Shown here piece by piece: positions 39,656 through 46,255 of a DNA stretch of 64,000 nt. The stretch lies in NCBI GenBank assembly GCA_900319695.1, contig ONPN01000026.1, positions 3,063 to 67,062 on the forward strand, written 5' to 3'. Each line of letters opens with the position of its first letter. Within the stretch, counting starts at the first letter, position 1. The notes under the pieces were generated by a model that saw only the letters and a list, made by a program, of their open reading frames with translations, did no database searches and was not told the origin of the DNA. The stretch is from an uncultured Eubacteriales bacterium (lineage in GTDB: Bacteria; Bacillota; Clostridia; Oscillospirales; Oscillospiraceae). Made by a program: the position numbers and the translations under genes.

Positions 39656-39796
39656 TCGATAAAACTCCTTTGCGATTTCCGTTATTCTTCATTGTAGCAA
39701 ACGCCCAAGTGGTTTTCCAGTCTTTTTTATCAATCCGAAACCGCGGGCGACAGGGTTTGCACGATTCAAAGCGATGCCGAACATAAGCCGACTCAG

Positions 39797-39836
39797 AAAA
39801 ACAAAAAAGCCACCGATTTTCGCAAAAATCAGTGGC
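39797..39836 (-). terminator. terminator downstream of tRNA-Arg
   Basis: On the minus strand: gccactgatttttgcgaaaatcggtggc followed by ttttttgttttt. Confidence 0.75.
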
Positions 39837-39841
39837 CCTTT

Positions 39842-39918
39842 TGGCACGCGATAAGGGATTCGAACCCCTGACCTTCTGGTCCGTAGCCAGACGCTCTATC
39901 CAGCTGAGCTAATCGCGC
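39842..39918 (-). tRNA. tRNA-Arg (anticodon ACG), CCA encoded
   Basis: Hand-folded cloverleaf of gcgcgat-ta-gctc-agctggata-gagc-g-tctgg-ctACGga-ccaga-aggtc-agggg-ttcgaat-ccctt-atcgcgt-g-cca. Confidence 0.9.
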
Positions 39919-39942
39919 ATGTCTTTCATTGACAGCTTATGA

Positions 39943-39971
39943 ATAATAGCACAGTCCGGACAGATTTGCAA
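39943..39971 (-). promoter_or_regulatory. promoter for tRNA-Arg
   Basis: On the minus strand: TTGCAA-17-TATTAT, about 25 nt upstream of the tRNA 5' end. Confidence 0.45.
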
Positions 39972-40004
39972 GCCCCTTTTTCGCTTTTTTTCAAAAAAAT
40001 CTTT

Positions 40005-40412
40005 TTACTTGTTGTCGACGTAAAAATACTCGAAGGCCCCGGTGGCGCAGATGGTGTCATTCTCGTCGAGTACGTCCACGTACACAAGGCACATGGTCTT
40101 GCCCGCGCGGATCACATGGCCGCTGGCCTTGATCACCGAGCCGGAGACCGGCAGAAAGTAGTGGATATCCGCGCTGCGCGTAACGGCGGGGCGCTGCTCT
40201 GGCCCGGCGAAGCTCGCGGTGAGGCCGGCGGTCGCGTCCATGATCGTGCCGATCAGGCCGCCGTGGACCTTGCCGTAATAGTTTAGGTGATGCGGCTGGA
40301 CGTTGATGCAGGCGAGCACGCCCTCCTGTGAGCAGCTCAAGAGCTGATACCCGCAGTAGGCCGCAAAGCCCACAATACGCTTACGGGCGCTTTCAGGGAC
40401 GGTCCATTCCAT
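40005..40412 (-). CDS. PaaI-family hotdog-fold thioesterase
   Basis: ORF 40005..40514; start moved to ATG 40412 behind AAGGAG. LNYYGKVHGGLIGTIMDATAG...IKASGHVIRAGKTM. Confidence 0.75.
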   Translation of the reverse strand: MEWTVPESARKRIVGFAAYCGYQLLSCSQEGVLACINVQPHHLNYYGKVHGGLIGTIMDATAGLTASFAGPEQRPAVTRSADIHYFLPVSGSVIKASGHVIRAGKTMCLVYVDVLDENDTICATGAFEYFYVDNK

Positions 40413-40545
40413 GTTCAAGTCTCCTTTGCCTCTGGTTTTACAATAGTATAGCATACACGACAGGGACTTGAAAAGCTCTTTTGAAACTCGGCTGAGAAAA
40501 ACCGGTGGAGGCAAAAAGCGGCCTTGTAAAATTGACGGAAAAACC

Positions 40546-40574
40546 TTGCTTTTTTCAAATAAAAATTGTATAAT
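40546..40574 (+). promoter_or_regulatory. promoter of adhE
   Basis: TTGCTT-17-TATAAT with an extended -10 TG (tgtataat), about 80 nt upstream of the adhE start. Confidence 0.5.
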
Positions 40575-40652
40575 TCGTATGCTATGTCAATTGAAATTTT
40601 TGATTAATCGTGTTAACATTTTGACGATCCTAAGAAAGGGAGTTGAAACAGT

Positions 40653-43277
40653 TTGAGCAGAGAATACCCTGTCATTGATACCATCGAGAAGCTGGAGGAG
40701 GAGATCGCGCGCGTCAAAAAGGCGCAGCAGATCTACGCCTCCTACACCCAGGAGCAGGTCGACCGCATCTTTCTCGCGGCGGCCACGGCGGCCAACAAGG
40801 CCCGCATCCCGCTGGCCAAGGCGGCGAACGCGGAGACCGGTATGGGCGTTGTGGAGGACAAGGTCATCAAGAACCACTTTGCCTCCGAGTATATCTACAA
40901 TGCCTACCGCAACACGAAGACCTGCGGCGTGATTGAGGAGAACAAGGCCTACGGCATGAAGAAAATTGCCGAGCCTCTGGGCCTCATCTGCGCCATCATC
41001 CCCACGACGAACCCCACCTCCACCGCGATTTTCAAGACCCTGCTGGCCCTGAAGACCCGCAACGGCATCATCATCAGCCCCCATCACCGCGCCAAGAGCA
41101 GCACCGTTGAGGCGGCGAAGGTCGTCCTAGAGGCGGCTGTCGCGGCGGGCGCGCCCGAGGATATTATCGGCTGGATCAGCGCCCCCTCCCGTGAGATGAC
41201 CAGACTTCTGATGAAGGAGTCCGACATCATCCTCGCGACCGGCGGCCCCAGCATGGTCAACGCGGCCTACTCCTCCGGCACCCCGGCCCTCGGCGTCGGC
41301 GCAGGCAACGTCCCCGCCATCATCGACGACTCGGCGGATATCCTCCTGGCGGTCAACTCCGTCATCCACTCCAAGACCTTTGACAACGGCATGATCTGCG
41401 CGTCCGAGCAGTCCGTCATCGTGCTCGATCCCATTTACGAGCAGGTGCGGCATGAGTTTGCCGCCCGCGGCTGCTACTTCCTCTATGGCGAGGAACTGGA
41501 CAAGGTCCGCAAGACCATGATCATCAACGGCTCCCTCAACGCCGGCATCGTCGGCCAGCCCGCCGCGAAGATCGCGGCGCTCGCAGGCGTCGAAGTCCCC
41601 GAGGGCACCAAGATCCTCATCGGCGAGGTGGAGTCCGTGGACTTCTCCGAGGAGTTTGCCCACGAGAAGCTCTCTCCCGTCCTCGCCATGTACCGCGCCA
41701 AGGACTTTGCCGACGCGGTTGACAAGGCTGACGCGCTGGTCCGCGGCGGCGGCCTGGGCCACACGGCCTCCATCTATCTCAACACCGCGACCGGTCAGGA
41801 CAAGCTCGAGGCCTTCCAGGCCCGCATGAAGACCTGCCGCATCGTGGTCAACACCCCCTCCTCCCACGGCGGCATCGGCGACCTCTACAACTTCGCGCTG
41901 ACCCCGTCCCTGACCCTGGGCTGCGGCTCCTGGGGCGGCAACTCCGTGTCGGAGAACGTGGGCGTCAAGCACCTGCTGAACATCAAAACCGTGGTCGAAA
42001 GAAGGGAAAACATGCTCTGGTTCCGCGCCCCCGAGAAGATCTATATCAAGAAGGGCTGCCTCCCCGTCGCCCTGAGCGAGCTGCAGGAGATGGGCAAGAA
42101 GCGCGCCTTCGTCGTGACCGGCCCGCACCTGTACAAGACCGGCTCGGCCCAGCCCATCTTTGACAAGCTCACAGCCATGGGCATCCAGTACACCTGCTTC
42201 TTCAACGTGCCCAACGACCCGACCCTCGCCTGCGCGAGAGAGGGCGCCAGGCAGATGGAAGCCTTCAAGCCCGACGTCATCATCGCCCTGGGCGGCGGCT
42301 CTCCGATGGACGCGGCCAAGATCATGTGGGTCCTCTACGAGCATCCCGAGGCCGACTTTGCCGACATGGCCATGCGCTTCTCTGATATCCGCAAGCGCAT
42401 CTACAAGTTCCCGAAGATGGGCCAGAAGGCCTACTTCATCTGCGTGCCCACCTCCGCCGGCACCGGCTCCGAGGCCACGCCCAGCACCGGCGTCAAGTAC
42501 CCGCTGGCTGATTACGAGCTCATGCCCAACATGGCGATCGTCGATGTGGACTACCACATGACCGCCCCCAAGGGTCTGACCGCCTCCTCCGGCATCGACG
42601 CGGTGAGCCACGCCCTCGAGGCCATCGCCTCCGTCATGGCCACCGACTACACCGACAGCCTCGCCATCCAGGCGCTCAAGAACCTGTTCGCCTACCTGCC
42701 CCGCGCCTATGAAAACGGGGCCGACGTGGAGGCCCGCGAGAAGGTCGCCAACGCCGCCACCATGGCGGGCATGGCCTTCGCCAACGCCTTCCTCGGCGTG
42801 ATGCACTCCTGCGCGCACAAGCTCGGCGCGTTCCACCACATCGCCCACGGTCTGGCCAACGCCCTGATGATGGACGAGGTGCTGCGCTTCAACGCCTGCG
42901 AGGCCCCCACCAAGATGGGCACCTTCCCGCAGTACGATCACCCGCACACCCTCGCCCGTTACGCCATGGTGGCCGACGCCCTCGGCTGCGGCGGCAATAC
43001 CGACGAGGAGAAGTTTGAGGCCCTGATCGCGAAGATCGACGAGCTCAAGGCCACCATCGGCATCAAGCCGACGATCCGCGACTACGTCGAGGACGAGGCC
43101 GACTTCCTCGCCAGACTTGACGAGATGGTCGAGCAGGCCTTCGACGACCAGTGCACCGGCGCTAACCCCCGCTACCCGCTGATGAGCGAGATCAAGCAGA
43201 TGTACCTCAACGCCTACTACGGCAAGAAGTTTCAGGAGACGGCCAAGCCCAACGCCGACCAGCTGGAAGGGAGATAA
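40653..43277 (+). CDS. adhE: bifunctional acetaldehyde-CoA/alcohol dehydrogenase
   Basis: 874 aa; TTG start 10 nt after AAGGGAG. N-terminal ALDH domain and C-terminal Fe-ADH domain (GGGSPMDAAK, AFANAFLGVMHSCAHKLG, DDQCTGANPRYPLMSEIK). Confidence 0.9.
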   Translation: MSREYPVIDTIEKLEEEIARVKKAQQIYASYTQEQVDRIFLAAATAANKARIPLAKAANAETGMGVVEDKVIKNHFASEYIYNAYRNTKTCGVIEENKAYGMKKIAEPLGLICAIIPTTNPTSTAIFKTLLALKTRNGIIISPHHRAKSSTVEAAKVVLEAAVAAGAPEDIIGWISAPSREMTRLLMKESDIILATGGPSMVNAAYSSGTPALGVGAGNVPAIIDDSADILLAVNSVIHSKTFDNGMICASEQSVIVLDPIYEQVRHEFAARGCYFLYGEELDKVRKTMIINGSLNAGIVGQPAAKIAALAGVEVPEGTKILIGEVESVDFSEEFAHEKLSPVLAMYRAKDFADAVDKADALVRGGGLGHTASIYLNTATGQDKLEAFQARMKTCRIVVNTPSSHGGIGDLYNFALTPSLTLGCGSWGGNSVSENVGVKHLLNIKTVVERRENMLWFRAPEKIYIKKGCLPVALSELQEMGKKRAFVVTGPHLYKTGSAQPIFDKLTAMGIQYTCFFNVPNDPTLACAREGARQMEAFKPDVIIALGGGSPMDAAKIMWVLYEHPEADFADMAMRFSDIRKRIYKFPKMGQKAYFICVPTSAGTGSEATPSTGVKYPLADYELMPNMAIVDVDYHMTAPKGLTASSGIDAVSHALEAIASVMATDYTDSLAIQALKNLFAYLPRAYENGADVEAREKVANAATMAGMAFANAFLGVMHSCAHKLGAFHHIAHGLANALMMDEVLRFNACEAPTKMGTFPQYDHPHTLARYAMVADALGCGGNTDEEKFEALIAKIDELKATIGIKPTIRDYVEDEADFLARLDEMVEQAFDDQCTGANPRYPLMSEIKQMYLNAYYGKKFQETAKPNADQLEGR

Positions 43278-43280
43278 AGC

Positions 43281-44030
43281 ATGAATCTGGAAAACGTGAT
43301 CGCTGAACGCAAAAACAAAGTCATCTACCGCGACGGGGACAAGTGCGTCAAGGTCTTCAATCACAGCTTCTCCAAGGCGGACATCCTCAACGAGGCGCTC
43401 AACCACGCCCGCGTGGAGGACTGCGGCCTGAACGTGCCGAAGCTGCTCGAGGTCACCACCATTGACGGCAAGTGGGCCATCGTCACGGAGTTTATCGAGG
43501 GCGAGACCCTGTCCCACCTCATGCGTGACAACCCCGACGATACCCAGAAGTATCTGGAGATGATGGTCGATACCCAGCTCCTGATCCACACGAAGAAGTG
43601 CCCGCTGCTGTCCAGACTCAAGGACAAGATGAACCGCAAGATCCTCACCGCCGATCTTGACCCCGTGACCCGCTACGAGCTGCTGATCCGTCTGGAGGGC
43701 CTGCCGACCCACGACAAGCTCTGCCACGGCGACCTCTGCCCCTCCAACATCATCCTCACCCCGAAGGGCGAGCTGTATGTCATCGACTGGGCGCATGCCA
43801 CCCAGGGCAACGCCTCCGCCGACGCGGCCCGCAGCTTCCTGACCTTCCACCTTCGCGGCGAGGCCGAGCTTGCCGACACCTACCTCGACATGTTCTGCGA
43901 GGGCAGCAACATCGAAAAGAGCTACGTCCAGAAGTGGATGCCCATCGTGGCCGCCTCCCAGTCCGTCAAGGGCAAGCTCGAGGAGCGCGACTTCCTCCTC
44001 CGCTGGGCCAACGTCGTGGACTACGAGTAA
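43281..44030 (+). CDS. phosphotransferase family protein (APH/choline-kinase fold)
   Basis: Brenner/APH motif LCHGDLCPSNIILTPKGELYVIDWAHATQGN; 249 aa. Confidence 0.75.
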   Translation: MNLENVIAERKNKVIYRDGDKCVKVFNHSFSKADILNEALNHARVEDCGLNVPKLLEVTTIDGKWAIVTEFIEGETLSHLMRDNPDDTQKYLEMMVDTQLLIHTKKCPLLSRLKDKMNRKILTADLDPVTRYELLIRLEGLPTHDKLCHGDLCPSNIILTPKGELYVIDWAHATQGNASADAARSFLTFHLRGEAELADTYLDMFCEGSNIEKSYVQKWMPIVAASQSVKGKLEERDFLLRWANVVDYE

Positions 44031-44056
44031 GAGAGAATTAAACCAAAGAATGCACA

Positions 44057-44095
44057 GCGCCGCCTCCAAATCGGAGGCGGCGCGAGCTATGTTTT
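44057..44095 (+). terminator. rho-independent terminator
   Basis: gcgccgcctcc-aaatc-ggaggcggcgc, then a T-containing tail. Confidence 0.7.
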
Positions 44096-44318
44096 CGCTG
44101 ACCACAAGAGTCTGCCCTTGCCCAATGCCTTTTACAACGCATTTGCGCGGCGGTCACACAACGGTTTATCGGGATTGACTGTAGAGGATATAGAGGGTGA
44201 TAGAAGGCCACGCGGAATTGATATAGAAGCAGGGGTCGAAGACCAGCAAACCACACATGACGAGATACCAACCAATTTCTTCCGACACTACCCAATCCAT
44301 CATAAAGGAGCTTTCAAG

Positions 44319-44393
44319 ATGACGGAATTGGAAAGACTTTGCGGGATTAGCAGGAAAACCGCGTATAAGTATATCGGGATGCAGGAACACTAA
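44319..44393 (+). other. 24-codon HTH-like mini-ORF, possibly a remnant of a mobile-element gene
   Basis: AAGGAG RBS then MTELERLCGISRKTAYKYIGMQEH*. This is HTH-like (LxxxxGISRxTxYKY) but far too short for a full protein. It sits at the edge of the AT-rich islet. Confidence 0.3.
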
Positions 44394-44433
44394 AGGTGGA
44401 AGAATATTGTTTCTCCTGCCTTTGATGAAGTTG

Positions 44434-45255
44434 TTATCCTGTTATTTGCTTTTTCTTCTCGTTAAATTCATCTTGTGTGATAAGCCCTTCATCTAAAAGC
44501 TCTCTGTATTTTTGTAATCCATCTGTCTCATTAAAACTATTCTGTGCTGCTATTGTGCTATTACCTTTTTCTTTATGTTTTCCATATTCTTCTTCAAGCG
44601 CGTTCCTAATTGCGTCAATAACTTGATTAGAAAATGTAATTGCATTTTTGGGGTTACTATATGTCGGAGAGCATAGAACGGATTTATTTGTATTATTGAC
44701 TGTTTCCAGCAAATAATTAATTTCAAAGATAATAGAGCTTTTATCGCCGTTAGGAATCCGCGCACGACTTGCTCTAATAAGATATGTATTCTGTGCCGCT
44801 GAGTAATCTTTTCTTACAACGCCAATAACATTCTCTTGATAAAGGATTTTGCAGCTAACGAAAGAATTAAAACTAATAGGTATAAAGACATCATGTTTTA
44901 TCAGATATAAAGTCTTTGTCTTCTCATCTATTATAATTCTGATAATAGTTTGACCTAAATCAGTTTTATATCGTACTTGTTTTGAGATGGTAATACCCAT
45001 CTCTTTCAGCGCTTGGCTTACATTGTCTGTGATTTCTTCAATTTGCTCGTTAGCACTTTTGGAAATCAGAACAGTAATACCAATAGATGCTGCTATTATT
45101 AGAATTCCCCAAAGAACACCAATACCACCATCGCCAGCAACAATCAAGCCAAAAGAAAAACCTAAGCCAATGATAAAAAAGTTGATTATTCCTGTTGATT
45201 TAGAGATAGAAGTTGCTTCTGGATGATTTCGATATTGAGTATAATGAATTTTCAC
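44434..45255 (-). CDS. hypothetical membrane protein with C-terminal SHOCT domain
   Basis: GTG start after GAGGAG. Two N-terminal TM helices and a C-terminal LQKYRELLDEGLITQDEFNEKKKQI (SHOCT motif). Roughly 33% GC by eye, against ~64% in the surrounding sequence. Confidence 0.7.
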   Translation of the reverse strand: MKIHYTQYRNHPEATSISKSTGIINFFIIGLGFSFGLIVAGDGGIGVLWGILIIAASIGITVLISKSANEQIEEITDNVSQALKEMGITISKQVRYKTDLGQTIIRIIIDEKTKTLYLIKHDVFIPISFNSFVSCKILYQENVIGVVRKDYSAAQNTYLIRASRARIPNGDKSSIIFEINYLLETVNNTNKSVLCSPTYSNPKNAITFSNQVIDAIRNALEEEYGKHKEKGNSTIAAQNSFNETDGLQKYRELLDEGLITQDEFNEKKKQITG

Positions 45256-45450
45256 AGCACTCTTCTCCTCGTGTATGTCTGTATCACATAGCGCACAATA
45301 TTTAATTAAATAATACCATAGATTCTCGTATAAGACAATCTATAAATTAAACATAATAAAAGATGACGGAGCGATGTTCAAAGTCTTTCCATCGCTGAAT
45401 TTGCCGTGTTTTCGGCGATTACGGCAACGGCGCAGCGCGTCATAAGAGGC

Positions 45451-45700
45451 CGTAGGGGCGGATAGCATCCGCCCGCCTGTGGCTCCCTTTCAAAAAGGGA
45501 GCATAGCGACGCGCGAGAAACGCGCGACGATCAAAGCACTGTTGTCATGGCCGATCCCCCGCGATGCCATGACTGAGAGATCGAGTACAATCCGCCGGAG
45601 GCAGCTTATATGGTGTCGCTTTGCGACGATTAAACCCGATCCCTCCGCACCAGTGTTGCGGCACTGGTGCACCTCCCTTTTCGAAAGGGAGGCAAATAAC
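45451..45700. repeat. dense cluster of REP-like GC hairpins
   Basis: cgtaggggcggat..atccgcccg, gctcccttt-caa-aaagggagc (45482-45502), gcaccagtg..cactggtgc (45647-45670), cctccctttt-cg-aaagggagg (45672-45692). The ORFs called here look like ghost ORFs. Confidence 0.65.
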
Positions 45701-45850
45701 GCGGGACAACGTGCAGTCCGCGCATTCGCCCCGGCGCAGCCGCAAGCAGCTAAAAAACATGGCTCCTGTCTTGATTTTTTCGGACATTCAGCATATAATA
45801 GTCTTGCCTGGAGAGAGGCAACGAGGAAAATTGTCATATGGCAATCACCG

Positions 45851-45890
45851 AAAAACGAATCCCCTGGGAGCGGCAACTCCCAGGGGATTC
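45851..45890 (-). terminator. terminator of the small hydrophobic-peptide gene
   Basis: On the minus strand: a 13-bp stem gaatcccctggga..tcccaggggattc followed by gttttt. Confidence 0.75.
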
Positions 45891-45934
45891 TCCCGTTTTG
45901 TCAGGTCGGACGGTTTATCGGCAGGCTTGCTGCC

Positions 45935-46018
45935 TTACTCCCCGTCCAGCCATTTGCAGATGTAGTATGCGACTACACTTGCCAGGACGGAGAGAATGAA
46001 CGAGGTTAAAATTGTCAT
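45935..46018 (-). CDS. 27-aa hydrophobic peptide, type I toxin-like
   Basis: Own translation: MTILTSFILSVLASVVAYYICKWLDGE*. GGGAGGTGAAGG RBS 5 nt upstream. Below the ORF-track size cut-off. Confidence 0.55.
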   Translation of the reverse strand: MTILTSFILSVLASVVAYYICKWLDGE

Positions 46019-46061
46019 GTGGCCTTCACCTCCCTCGCTCCGAGGTGTCGGCAGCAAATGT

Positions 46062-46090
46062 ATTATAGTTGTTTCGGTCGATTATGACAA
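46062..46090 (-). promoter_or_regulatory. promoter of the small peptide gene
   Basis: On the minus strand: TTGTCA (46090-46085), 17 nt, TATAAT (46067-46062). Confidence 0.55.
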
Positions 46091-46208
46091 TAATTGAATC
46101 GTAAAAATGAGACACAAGATATTGAGGCGCTGTCTCTCGATAGCAAGACAAGCTACTGAGAGGCAGCACCTTTCTAATGGGTCAGGGATGACCAACAGGT
46201 TAAACATA

Positions 46209-46238
46209 TTGCGCCGGGCTCATTCAAACCCGGCGCAA
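46209..46238 (-). terminator. terminator downstream of glgB
   Basis: ttgcgccggg..cccggcgcaa hairpin just past the glgB stop. Confidence 0.65.
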
Positions 46239-46255
46239 AGCGTTTCACTATTTTC

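Noticed and set aside
39656-39918. tRNA-Arg-adjacent low-GC block considered as a classical integrase-mediated genomic island.
   Set aside because: There is no integrase gene. No direct repeat of the tRNA 3' end was found by eye at the far boundary (34400-34600). I report it only as a compositionally distinct operon.
40596-40616. Possible Rex operator (ttgattaatcgtgttaacatt) between the adhE promoter and RBS.
   Set aside because: Only one half (TGTTAACA) resembles the TTGTTAA-N4-TTAACAA consensus I recall. The 20-mer is not a palindrome, so I do not call it.
41127-44105. 992-aa ORF on the minus strand, plus similar long antisense ORFs: 205..1221 +, 8507..9964 +, 27044..28729 +, 46355..48400 +, 52902..54446 +, 16790..17857 -.
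   Set aside because: They lie antisense to genes with clear family motifs (adhE, U32 peptidase, putP, pheT, glgB, the surface protein, lgt). Their translations are Arg/Gly/Ala/Val-rich low-information sequence with no RBS. These are the expected stop-poor antisense frames of high-GC DNA.
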